This document shows positions 40,064 through 53,739 of a stretch of DNA of 64,000 nt, in pieces. This DNA is from Octopus vulgaris (Eukaryota), in NCBI GenBank assembly GCA_951406725.2, contig OX597830.1, forward strand, positions 50,778,001 through 50,842,000. The letters run 5' to 3'. Positions within the stretch are counted from its first letter, which is position 1, and each line of letters opens with the position of its first letter. Under the pieces are notes generated by a model. It ran no database searches and had not been told where the DNA came from. It worked only from the letters and a program-made list of their open reading frames with translations. The translations under genes and the position numbers were made by a program.

Positions 40064-40708
40064 AAAAGAGAGATGGGATCTCAATAATAACTTTTGATGC
40101 AACAAAACAAGGAAAGAATTAACGGCGAGAATGAAGATATAGCCAAAACAAACGATGTCATGACAATGAGGCAATAATGATCCATTGGAAGGTCTGTGGA
40201 ATTCATGGCCCACGAAGTGCAAAGACATGGTATGAGCAAGCCGAAGTCACCGAAAATGAGAACTGCAAAATTCTGTGGGATGTAATGATCCAGTGTGATC
40301 ACATGACCAGACATAGGAAAGCGGACAATGTTGTAGTGAATGAAAAAGAAAGAACATATATTCCCCGGTGACAACAGGATCAATGTAAAAGAAGAAGAAA
40401 ATATAAAAAAAAACTATGACGATTTAAAGTGGGAAACACGAAGGTTTTTTGTCAATGAAGAGAGTAGACGTGATACCAATAGTAATTGGTACACTTGGAA
40501 GTATCAGCACTGAATACCAAGATAGCTGAAAAAGACTGGTGCAAGTGTGAAGGTAGTACGCCTACAAAAATCAGCATGGCTTGGAACTACAAGAATTCTT
40601 CGCACGGTTCTTGATGCATGACCAGTTAACAAGTTTCACCTTAGTCCGCTGCTTGTGGACAGCTGACACTTTCCATTATACCAAGCAAAATAAGCTGTGA
40701 GATTTCAT
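40064..40708 (+). pseudogene. R4/Dong-clade LINE 3' part, degenerate
   Basis: IHWKVC...WYEQAEVTENENCKILWDVMIQCDHMTRHRKADNVVV and LGTTRILRTVL, followed by (AAT)n. Confidence 0.85.
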
Positions 40709-40738
40709 ATAATGATAATAATAATAATAATAATGATG

Positions 40739-40778
<40 letters not shown>

Positions 40779-40791
40779 CAACAACAACAAC

Positions 40792-40848
<57 letters not shown>

Positions 40849-40849
<1 letters not shown>

Positions 40850-41270
40850 GGCCAACAGACCAGATATAGTTGTCAGAGATCATGAAGAAAAAAATGCTTT
40901 CTAATTGATGTATCAATACCGGCAGATGACAACGGGTCTCTAAAAGAAATGGAGAAACTTTCAAAATACAAAGACCTGGAAATAGAGGTAACCAGAATGT
41001 AGAATCTAAAAACAGAAACAATTCCTATCATAGTAGGTGCATTAGGCATGATAAAAAAATATTCAGACAAATACATAACAAAAACACCCGGACTTACAAA
41101 CACATATAACATACAGAAAATTGCACTACTAGGCACTGCACACATCCTACGCAGAACACTTTCCATACAATAACCATCAGAGCATCACAACAAATCACAG
41201 CACATACCTAAGGCACACAGAGCTGCGCTCGGTAGTGAAGTGAAAGCACGCTATAAAAATTAAACTACTG
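40849..41270 (+). mobile_element. R4/Dong subfamily A, short 3' copy
   Basis: Near-identical to the reverse complement of 9757-10178. (AAT)n on both sides. Confidence 0.93.
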
Positions 41271-41280
41271 AATAATGATG

Positions 41281-41343
<63 letters not shown>

Positions 41344-41599
41344 GTAATGCTTTCAAATTTGACACAACTGCAACAATTTTATGGAAGGCGGTAAGTTGAT
41401 TACATCGATCCCCGTGCTTAACAGGTACTTTTTCATCGACTCCGTAAAGATAAAGAGCGAAGTCGACGTCAGCGGAACTTGTAGTAAAGGCGAAGAAAAT
41501 GTCACGAAACAAATACTTCAAAACATGAAAAGGACAAAAACTGCTCTATATACACAAGGAAGCGGTAAAATACGAAGATGGACCAGAGTACATTGAAAC

Positions 41600-43640
41600 A
41601 ATCAATTGATAGCGCGGCGGATATGGTAAAATATGAAAAAATAAAAAAGAAAACACAAACAGAAAACTACAAAATATGCTCAAGAAGAACTATCTTCGTG
41701 GAGAAAACATACATTTATGGAACAGAATGATATTTTCCCCAGTGAACAAAATGGCTACCGTCGAGGTTCATATGAAAGCAAAGATCAACACCTAATGAAT
41801 TGCATAATTCGTAAGAACTGTCACAATAAGCGCAGAAAATATCAGTTCCGCATGGATTAATCACAAAAGTCTTTTGATAGCATACTGCATTTGTGTATCT
41901 TGAAATCGCTGGACATCTTCAAACTTTTTTCCTGTAATTCCAAACTTCCTGAAGTTGAATATGAATTTCCGATTATATCACTATGATAGAGTACTAGCTT
42001 CCAACAATATTAACAGAAACTGCGGAATTTTCCAAGGTGACTTCATTTTATATCTAATGTTTTGCATAGCTCTAATACTCTTTACAAGTGAACTTAATAC
42101 AGAGTAAAGGGTAAAATTGACAATAGCAAAATATGCCATTTAGTTTACATAGATGACTTAACAGTCTATGGCTTGGACAATGATGAGCTTGGAGGCTCAT
42201 TATATACTGTGAAAGCATCCAGTAATGAAGTTGGGATAAAGTTTGTTCTTCATAAATGTGTTATGACCATTTTCCAGAAAGGGAAATTGAAGACCTGGAA
42301 TTCAGTGGTGTTAGATGTTCACATAGTTATAAAAGAACTTGAATAGAAACAAACCAACAAATACCTAGGAATAAATGAAGGTGCTGGGATTTAGAATCCA
42401 AGCATGAAAGAGAAGATGAGGAAGGAATGTTATAGGAGACTTGCGCTAACCTGAAATATGAGCTAATCACAAGAAACAAAGTGTTGGCCATAAATTTCTC
42501 AGCAGTTTCAGTTTTTATCTATAGCTTTAATGTGTTGAACAGGAATATCAGTGACGTAAACAAAATTGACAGGAAAATATGGAAGCTGCTGACTTATAAA
42601 ATGATGCACCGAGGGTTGAATAGCCTGGCAACAAAACTGATAGAAAAATATGGAAGCTGCTGACTTATAAAATGATGCACCCAGGGTTGAATAGCCTGAA
42701 GGAAGTCCGGCAACTACTGTTACAATGAAGGTGAAATTAATGGCAAGGAAACAAGTGTATGAACAATTGGCTTATAGGTGCGAGCAGAAATTTCTGCATG
42801 GCAAACATGTAACCTGCAGCAAACAAGCTGATGTTGACCAGAAGTACAATCATCGGTGACTACGGAACTCATGGCTAAAGGCAGAGAGCGAAAACTTAAC
42901 CTTAGTTGTACAAGATCAAAGCTTATTGACACGGAACTACCAAACCAATGTGATGAAAAATGGAGTAGATCATAGGTGCTGATTTTGTAACGATGAGATT
43001 AAAGCAGCGGGTGTTAAGTGTTGGCATCAGTGGAGCATGAATCAAGACATGGCAGAGTTGGCCGGTATCTACACTGGTTAATATATCGGCTTTATAAAAT
43101 CAAAACAGTTGACAATTCGTATAAGCTCAAACTTGAGGCTGTAACTAAGGGAGAAAATGCAATGATTCGTTGGGGCTTTCCAGTACATACAAACTGGACC
43201 ATCAAAGTTGTGAAAGACCAAAACAATAAAGTTTGTTTATTGGTCAACATGAATATTTCTTGTGATCATGATATCTCGGCAAAAGTTTGTGACAAAATCA
43301 GAAAATGTAAAAATTTATTCACTGAAAGTGAAAAACTGGCATCCCAAGACGGTTACAATACCAACGATTGTAGGAGCACTTGGGAATGATCCCTAGCTTT
43401 CTATCCATGCAATGAGTGCAAAGGATTGTTTTAATTGGTTCGTCAAATGTACTGAGAGCATTGCCGCTGTGAGAACGATTATCAATGATGTACTTTTTCT
43501 GATCACATTGTTTCATTTCATTTGAAAATGAATAATATGGTGCGTTTAATTCAATTGCCTATCAATATATACAGTGAGACCCTTTGCCCTAGGTGTCGGA
43601 AAGACACTCGGCAAGAAATAGAAATAAAACTGAAAGAAGA
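41600..43640 (+). pseudogene. Older degenerate copy related to R4/Dong subfamily B (RT to 3' UTR)
   Basis: Collinear with the reverse complement of 53739-55960 (GIFQGD, YIDDL, YLGINEG, RHGRVGRYLHWLI). Many stops and indels. Confidence 0.88.
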
Positions 43641-43871
43641 AAAAAGAATAATGACTTCTTTTATTCTCCCGAAGGACTCAAGGCATACAGGACGATATAT
43701 TCTTTTCTACTCTAGGCACAAGGCCAGAAATTTATGGGGAGGGGAGGGGGCAGTCGATTAGATCGATCCCAGTGCGTAACTGGTACTTAATTTATCGACC
43801 CTGAAAGGATGAAAGGCAAAGTTGACTTCGGCGGAATTAGAACTGAGAACGTAAAGGGAGACAAAATACCA

Positions 43872-44096
43872 CTTGGGGAAATCCAAAAGATGTTGCTAAT
43901 AAGTGCTGCCCACATCTTTAGAAAAAAACCCATCAGTTTAAACGTCTGTGTTGCATTGCATGAAGATATTTCGCTACTGCCCTTGCCATTTACCCTCCCC
44001 AAGTATTCAGTCATATTGTAATACTTCTTATCCTTCACTTACCCAAGGACGCTGGGTATGTCTCGGCAAGTGATTGCATCAAACATGCAGATTAGA
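43872..44096 (+). mobile_element. R4/Dong-clade 3' end, another subfamily
   Basis: EIQKMLLISAAHIFRK C-terminus plus 3' UTR, then (AAT)n. Confidence 0.7.
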
Positions 44097-44169
<73 letters not shown>

Positions 44170-44173
<4 letters not shown>

Positions 44174-44381
44174 TTCAGACAAATACATAACAAGAACACC
44201 AGGACTTACAAATATATATATAACATACAGAAAATTGCACTACTGGGCACTGCACACATCCTACGAAAAACACTTTCAATACAGTAACCATCAGAGCACC
44301 ACAACAAACCACAGCACATACCCAAGGCACACAGAGCTGCGCTCTGTAGTGAAGTGAAAGCACGCTATAAAAATAAAACTA

Positions 44382-44384
<3 letters not shown>
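44170..44384 (+). mobile_element. R4/Dong subfamily A, very short 3' copy
   Basis: Matches 41057-41270. (AAT)n on both sides. Confidence 0.92.
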
Positions 44385-44457
<73 letters not shown>

Positions 44458-45128
44458 GTTGCTGTTGTTGCTGTTGTTGTTGTCGTCGTTGTTGTTGTTG
44501 TTGTTGCTGCTGTTGCTGTTGTTAATTAGCATTGTGACTTCAACTGACATATTAAAACCAATTTGTTTTCGAAAATATCCAATTTTCAACATCAGTTTTA
44601 AAATTAGCATATACAATGTCCACACATTCATATTTTTTTCTTTTCAACTAATACGATTAGACCTAGCCCTCTGGCATTTTTTTTTCAGACTTTAACAGTG
44701 GAATTACTACACCTGCTACTAATATAGTTAGCACTGTCGCCATTTACTTTGTATTTTTGTTGTTGTTGATGAATGTCACTGGAGTTCCAAGTCTTTCGAT
44801 ATTTCGTCTTCTAGGTTTTCTTGTTTGTATTTTTAGCAAAGAGACGTGAAACTAAGAAAATAGATAAATACATTTTCATTATTATTGATTTTGTCATTTA
44901 TATACGTGATGTCTATTTACTTGTCAATGAGTGACGTTTTCATATGTTAGATTAAAGTTTATGGAAGCTATTTCATAATTAAATCTTCATTAATTGACAC
45001 AGTTAGAGTTGTTTCTCTATTAAACTTGGAAACAAACACAAGGGGAGAGTAAAAGCACAGAAGAAATATACATTCAATATCCGTTTCTTGATATACACAC
45101 AAATACATTTATAAACTGAGACACACCT

Positions 45129-45172
<44 letters not shown>

Positions 45173-45176
45173 GTAG

Positions 45177-45233
<57 letters not shown>

Positions 45234-45260
45234 CAGACACATAGACAAACAGATAGATAT

Positions 45261-45917
<657 letters not shown>

Positions 45918-45940
45918 CAGACACATAGACAGACAGACAG

Positions 45941-45971
<31 letters not shown>

Positions 45972-46154
45972 CACAAATACAATATAGGCATCGATATATT
46001 TTATAAGCGTAACTCTGTGGTAAGGAGCTTGTTTTCCAACCACATAGTTCGGGGTTCTCTACCACTGAGTGCCACCTTGGGAACACGTCATCTACTATGG
46101 TATAGGACCATTGACAGAATCTGGCTGAATCTAATTAGTGAAACGAGTAAAAGA

Positions 46155-46198
<44 letters not shown>

Positions 46199-46261
46199 CA
46201 TACATTTATATACACATAGACATCGAGAGATAGATAGATAGATAGATATAGATAGACAGAA

Positions 46262-46299
<38 letters not shown>

Positions 46300-46362
46300 C
46301 ATACATTTATATACACATAGACATCGAGAGATAGATAGATAGATAGATATAGATAGACAGAA

Positions 46363-46466
<104 letters not shown>

Positions 46467-47035
46467 TAAAGAGCAATGTAAAAACATTACGAAGGAATTA
46501 TTATAAATGATCAAGATTATTTATGAATATATCAATGGCCAAACATGCCATCATAAAATATAAAGAAGAAAAACGTTTATAATTATGAAGTCACAGTTAT
46601 AACTACGGTTAGAAAACCTTTACATATACGGTTATACATGCATGCACAAACACACACACACACACATATATACATCCATACATATACGCACACACGTGGG
46701 CGCATACACACACACACATTTGGTACGCGCATAGATTTCACCCATCATGAAGATAAAATGCAGCAAATTTGGTTTCATTCAAAAGAGAAAACCGCTTGTG
46801 CGTAACGCGAACACAATCTACTTCCGATTTGCTACATGTCTATGTATGTTTGTCTGAGTGTGTATGAAAGCGTGTGTTTGTGTGCATGATTGCGTGTCAG
46901 TATTCATCATTGTCCATGAGTATGTATGTGCCTTAATATCTGGATATCTTTATATGGATGTGTATGTCGATGTGAGAGTGTATTTTATAAAACTCTTATA
47001 AGAGTATGCATGAGTAACTACACAACTGCATAGTA

Positions 47036-47090
<55 letters not shown>

Positions 47091-47601
47091 CACACACACA
47101 CACACAAACATACAGACAGACAGGCAGAGAGTTTGTCTGAGTTTGTGAGTGTGTGTGCGTGCATTTGTCTGTGTGAAGATATGCATAAACTGTATGACAC
47201 AAAGTTGATATGAACAGTGATCAAAGAATGTTACCTCAAGTAAAATGTCCGTTAATCTTCCTGTTATAAACAGACACCATCCTTTAAAGCAACTGTAGTT
47301 TCAGCGGTGGTACCAGCCGACATGTATTCTTTATGGATAACTAGATCAGCCAATATTTCAGAATACATCTGTCGTACATGTAGTTGCACCAACGGTGTAT
47401 AAGAAGCAAAGATGATGCGAAATATATTCAATCCAATTCTTGAAAATAAGAGTATCAATGCCTAGTAACGTTCAATATGGAGTTAGGACCTCTGTAGTTA
47501 CAAACCAACGCTAAAATGCTAAAGGGAAAATATGAAAAATGTATGTAAGCTAAGATAAAACTTGAAGACGGTCGTGTATTTAATAAACCACACACATACA
47601 T

Positions 47602-47775
47602 GTTTATTATAGCCGAAAAATCTTCACAAACTATTATTCATAGTTTAACGTGAGTGTTCGTCGCTCAGTTTCGATCATACTTGTGATCATACTTTTATGA
47701 TCCCAACTGTCCAACGAACGGTAAACTTAAACTATGAATAATAGTTTGTGAAGATTATTGAGGCTTTAAATATAT
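47602..47775. repeat. Fold-back inverted repeat
   Basis: Perfect 30 bp arms 47619-47648 / 47727-47756, with imperfect inner and outer extensions. Confidence 0.9.
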
Positions 47776-47877
47776 TACTCTGCCTTTGGTAACCGAATAC
47801 AATTTCTTCCTCCTAGTTTTGCATATATATATATATATATATGTATGTATATATATATATATACACATATATATATA

Positions 47878-47912
<35 letters not shown>

Positions 47913-47953
47913 ATGCATATATATATATATATGTATATATATGCATATATATG

Positions 47954-48010
<57 letters not shown>

Positions 48011-48025
48011 TTATATGTATATATA

Positions 48026-48065
<40 letters not shown>

Positions 48066-48814
48066 TTCATATCAGTTAGGCATTTGGGCAACCAAATAAA
48101 ACTTAAGAAAAATGTCCAATACCGGAAACACTCCTGTATACAATATTGCTCACTTCATTTGACATTGTTTCTAAACCAACAGCGCCCTCTGTGGAACCTG
48201 ATAGAGATACGTTTTACTCCTGGTGCATACAAGGTTCCCGAAAAGACGCATTCAAACCTCATTGGTATATACATAAATACATAGACACATACGGTAGATG
48301 TAGGTTCGGACCCTATTCGCGGCTTTACCATTCTTTGTCCAAAAGATTTTTTAACGCAATATTTACACGTCAATAGTTATAGATTTTCTACTTCGAGTTC
48401 CACCGTTCCAGAAATTGCATTATATCACATTCTCTTGAAGTTTCTAAATTCTAATGACGTTCCAAATTATTAAAAGCTATTCGTTGAATTTTAGCGAAAG
48501 TTCCCCAGCATAATAGCAACAGTTATATGCGCGTGGATGTAAAGAAAATGTTAGGCTTTGCGCAAGTGTAAAGAACCGTTGTCATTTGCATGATTTCCAC
48601 CAACTTTCAGTGTTCCAAACAAAGGCTCATCCACCCCTTACAAACCAGCTCACCTATCATTTTTGAACGCTGTTTATTTGCTTATTTCCACTTCTTCCGT
48701 TTTTATGACTGTATGTGTTCAATTCAGTATGTACATCAAACAATGAAATTGGTATTCTCTTGTTTACATGAGTTTTAATTACACTTTGCTAATAATTTGA
48801 AACAATGAATGTTT

Positions 48815-49150
48815 ACCTTGGGCAAGTGTCTTCTACTATAGCCTCGGGCCGACCAAAGCCTTGTGAGTGGATTTGGTAGACGGAAACTGAAAGAAGCCCG
48901 TCGTATATATATATATATATATATATATGTTTGCGTGTATGTTTGTGTGTCTGTGTTTGTCCCCCTAGCATTGCTTGACAACCGATGCTGGTGTGTTTAT
49001 GTCCCCGTCACTTAGCGGTTCGGCAAAACGTGACCGATAGAATGAGTACTGGGCTCACAAAGAATAAGTCCTGGGGTCAAGTTGCTCGACTAAAGGCGGT
49101 GCTCCAGCATGGCCGCAGTCAACTGACTGAAACAAGTAAAAGAGTAAAGA
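48815..49150 (+). mobile_element. SINE family S2, 5'-truncated, well conserved
   Basis: ACCTTGGGCAAGTGTCTTCTACTATAGCCTCGGG (CORE-like), internal microsatellite, tail (GTAAAAGA)n. Confidence 0.85.
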
Positions 49151-50719
49151 GTAAAAAGAGTAATGAATGTTTACGTAAATTTGGTAACTGGCCGTGTTTT
49201 TTGTGCTGTTTTATGGAACCTCAGTATATAAACAAACATAAATGCATGCATGCATATGTATACATATAAACTGAGAGAGAGAGGGAGGATGAGAGAGGGA
49301 CAGGGATATCATGTAAAATAAGGCAATTACAACAACGGCCTAGACAAGAAGAAAAGTGGATCCCTATACTGGTGTCCATGAACGTCCGTATGCGTTGCTC
49401 TAAAAGTCGATCTACTGATTATAGAGGATTCTGAACAAATTTAGTTCTCGTAATATTAAGCATAAACGCTATTATCCAAGAGAAGCCGGACAACAGAATT
49501 TGTTCTGTCATGTCCTTTAAGAGTGTTTGAGAATTTAGTAACGATTAAACGAATGGAAGATAAGCGGCTCTAATTTACATTTGACAGCGAGCAGTATCCA
49601 ACTGATATTTCTCTGACTCTCTGGATTAGAGGAATCGCAGATTATGAATCGTAATTAGTGTTAAATTAAACGCTTATGATTAAGGATAAATTATAAATTA
49701 TGCGTGTGTGTGTGTGTGACAGCTAGTGTATATGTATGTATGCATCTATGTATATATGTATGTATGTGTAAATAGATGTATGCTCGCATATATACATGTG
49801 TAAATGTATGTACGTATGTACGTTCGTATGTATGTGGAAATATATGTATGCATATTACTGTCAATATTGATGTATATATCTGTGCTTATGCGTTTAAGAC
49901 GTGTGTAAAATCTGAGGAAGGAAAATGAACAGTTTATACTAGAAGAATGGAATCCCTCTCACGAACTATCAACTCGGCTGCAGTGCTCCAAAACCCGGTT
50001 TTGTCTCCACCATTTTACCTTTTATTCATAAACTACGCCCCACCCCTCATAGCGCCACACACTTATACAGATGGTGTCATTCTTTATTCCTTTATTCTTC
50101 TCTAAACTTCTTCCCTTAATCGTCAACATGAAACTTGGACATCGTTCGGCCAGACTGCGCTGACTCTGGGTTTAGGACACTTGAAGTCATCTGCCAGTAG
50201 TGCTAGTTCAAGTTAGTAGCCGTCAACATAACAAAGACATAATTGCTACACATACCAAGGAAAGAATATAATATTTCTCCGCGAAGCAAGAACATCACAC
50301 TAACGCTATTAAATTCCACAGTGTTTGGAGATCTTCTCAGGCGAAATCATATCCTTGGCCCTTTTATTAAGCCTGGTCTTCCTCTTCAGAGTCACAAATA
50401 CATTACAAACCGCAGCACTGTAAATCTATACATAAGATCACAATAAACTGCTACTCAATATAAAAGTGATCCTGGATGTAATAGTCTACAAAACATGCTG
50501 GGGTTAAACAACTACAACATCATTATATATACATCTACCCACGCATACAAACATATATACAAACATACTTGCATATATGCACACACACATATATATGTAT
50601 GTATGTATGTATGTATTTATGTATGTATGTATGTATGTATGTATGCATGTATGTATGTATGTATGCATGTATGTATGTGTATATGTATGTTTGTATGCAT
50701 ATATACACATACACACACT

Positions 50720-50936
50720 CTTTTACTTGTTTCAGTCATTTGACAGTGGCCATGCCGGAGCACCGCCTTTAGTTGAGAAAATCGACCACACGACTTATTC
50801 TTTTTAAGCCTACTACTTATTCTATCGGTCTCTTTTGCCGAACCGCTAGGTTACGGGGACGTAAACACACCAGCATCGGTTGTCAAGCGATGTTGGGGGG
50901 GACAAACACAGACACACAAACATAAACACACATACA

Positions 50937-50979
<43 letters not shown>

Positions 50980-51111
50980 GTATACATATATACGACAGAC
51001 TTCTTTCAGTTTCCGTCTACCAAATCCACTCACAAGGATTTGGTTGGCTAGAGGCTATAGTAGAAGACACTTGCCCAAGGTGCCACGCAGTGGGACGGAA
51101 CCCGGAACGAT
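50720..51111 (-). mobile_element. SINE family S2
   Basis: Reverse-complement homologue of 48815-49150. Confidence 0.85.
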
Positions 51112-51208
51112 GTACATACATATATATGCATATAAATGAATGCATACATTTAAATATAAGTGTATACATACATGCCCAAAAATATATACATTCAGCTAAA
51201 TCTTACGC

Positions 51209-51244
<36 letters not shown>

Positions 51245-51334
51245 CTGTCTGTCTGTATGTATGCCTGTGCGTGCGCGTGCATATAATTGTGTACATACTT
51301 TCATATGAATACATTCATACCGGTATTCATTGAA

Positions 51335-51625
51335 TGAAAGATAACGAACGTGAATACAAGTGCCGACCGAAATGGAATTCTTCCGAATAATCCTTGGAGT
51401 AACGTTACCCGACAGAGTGGGAAGCATGGAGATTAGGGGGAGTCTTCGCGGTAATTTGCTATTTGTCAGTACTGAAAAGAATCGGCTCCGGTGCTACAGA
51501 CATGTGAAGAACATCGCTGAAAAGGATCACCAAAAGAGATTCTTCAACGTAATTCAATTGGAAGAAAACCGAGCAAAAGACATTCAGAAAAGTTTAATGA
51601 CGATTGCTTCTCATAGGACCCTATG
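51335..51625 (+). pseudogene. RTE-clade LINE C-terminal fragment, degenerate
   Basis: EMEFFRIILGVTLPDRVGSMEIRGSL...EKNRLRCYRHV resembles the RTE motif EMRFLR.I.GVT..DR.RN..IR...RLRWFGHV. Confidence 0.7.
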
Positions 51626-53641
51626 ACAGAGCTGACTGAGAATCTACTCCACCTAATTCAGTCTTGCTTCATGTAATATTGCTTTCTCACAAAGGTCTGG
51701 CATTTTAGCTGAAGGAAGTATAACGTTAACTAAATCGATTCCACTTCTTTATTGGTGCTTTATAGTATCGACTCTGGAAAGAAGAAAGGCAATGTTGACC
51801 TCGACGAGATTTGAACTCATAATTTAAAGGACAGTAACCAAATATTATAAAGCCTTTTTGTCTTATTCTCTACCAATTCTGCTATCCAACTTAACTCGGT
51901 GTTTCAAATAGTTTCCAGTAGTGGAACAAAATCAAATATTTTGGAGGCGAACACAATCGGCAGTTGAACAGTTTCTAACACTTGTCTGGTTCTCAGTCGA
52001 CTTCAGAAGAAAGAAAACCAAAGTTGACTCTAGGTGAGATTTAAGCTCAGAACGTGTAGACGTGATTAAGCATACATACTATAAGATGGCAAAAGCTGCT
52101 AGATGAGTTGGCCTAAATGTACAGAAGCCATTTTTAATTTCTTTTCAATTCTTTTCTCTCTGTTTTCGAAGACATCTGGCGAGAAGGACGTGCCCTACGC
52201 CCACAAAACTTCAACTGAAGAGAAGCTGAGTCAATCTGTTATTAAATACATGCTAAGTCTAACCTAACACCCTGAATACTATATTTGCTCACTCGCTGTT
52301 TCTCTTGTCACTCGTACACAAACTCACATATACATACCCGCCAACGTTTCCAATTGTTTCGCTATAAATCTGTCTCAGATTATTGGCCATATCAGCTATC
52401 ATTCGTTAGTCTTTAGTCGTAACTCAAGATAGTTTTTTGTGTGTTTACGAACGAAAATCTGATTAGTTAGACAAGTTTAATATGATTTATACTTTACAGC
52501 AAAGTTTTAATCTGCCTGGCGGGCGGTCAAACATCTAGATAGCCTGAAGAGAACCTTGGTTTTATTACAGTGCAACGCTGTGTCTAGCTGTGTGTGTATG
52601 AGTGCGCGCGCATATGTTTGTGTGTGCAAGCATGTTTGCATTATCTGATTGGTGAAATAAATGACAATGCCAGAATCAATGCTATCAGCTCAGCATTAGC
52701 GAGAAAGATTAATTTATAACATTATTTCAACTGAAAAAAAATATTTAAAAAAGGTTAATATAAAATATTTAGACAACTTGGTAAAAAAAAATTATCTAAA
52801 AATAACTCTAAATTCATTTTAAATCGCAAATAATTTAAATTGAAAAAAAATAATGTTCAATGTTATAAATTTGTAAAGTATTGCAACGAAATGGTAAAAA
52901 TGGAGTAATTAGTATTTTTGTTGTATTAGTTATCTAATTAAATCATGTTGTTGACTGTTTAACCAACGCAGCTGCTGCAATGAAGTATGTGGTGTTGATG
53001 GTCACAGGAGGAATGTTTCGTGGGGCTGCAGCGGCGGCGGGGCGGGGGGAGGGGGTTATTAGTAATGTGACGGGTTATGGGGGAAGACGCTGGGGGGAGC
53101 GCTTCATGGAGTTTAATATGTGTGTGTTTGTCTATGTGTGCGCGTGTGCGTGGGCACGTTTGTGTGCTTGTGAGAAATTTGTAAATAGAAAATGAAGGAG
53201 GTGGTTTGTCATTCATGGTAATGATAATGATGATGATGATGATGACGACGACGACGACGAGGAGGAGGTGGAGTTAGAGGATGAAAAAGTGGAGGATCGT
53301 GATGATGACGATGATGATGATGAACGAGTAAATGATTATAAAAGTTTTCTTTAATAACCTGACAAATGTTTGCCCGTCATCTTTACAGAGTATCGTTAAA
53401 TTCCATAACAGTAATGGATTGAACTGCATATTTGATCGGTTGCTCATAATGTGTGGCCTGATTAATGTTTTAGCGGTGTTTCATCTGTCTTAACGTTCTG
53501 AGTTCAAATTCCGCCGGGGAAGCCTTGCCTTTCATTTTCCCGAGTTCGATAAAATAAATACCAGTACTGGAGCTGATGCAATCGACTTCCCCCTTTCCCT
53601 CAAAAATTTAGGACCGTATGTCTATAGTAAAAACGATTATT

Positions 53642-53738
<97 letters not shown>

Positions 53739-53739
<1 letters not shown>

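Noticed and set aside
42573-42698. ~55 bp direct duplication within the old Dong copy (similar local duplications at 13429-13500 and 46193-46370)
   Set aside because: Ordinary slippage or repair duplication in decaying repeats.
47264-47458. 64 aa non-repetitive ORF, possible exon
   Set aside because: No recognisable homology or consistent splice-site pair.
52135-52260. Polypyrimidine tract plus AG followed by exon-like sequence
   Set aside because: No canonical donor or identifiable peptide. RNA-seq would be needed.
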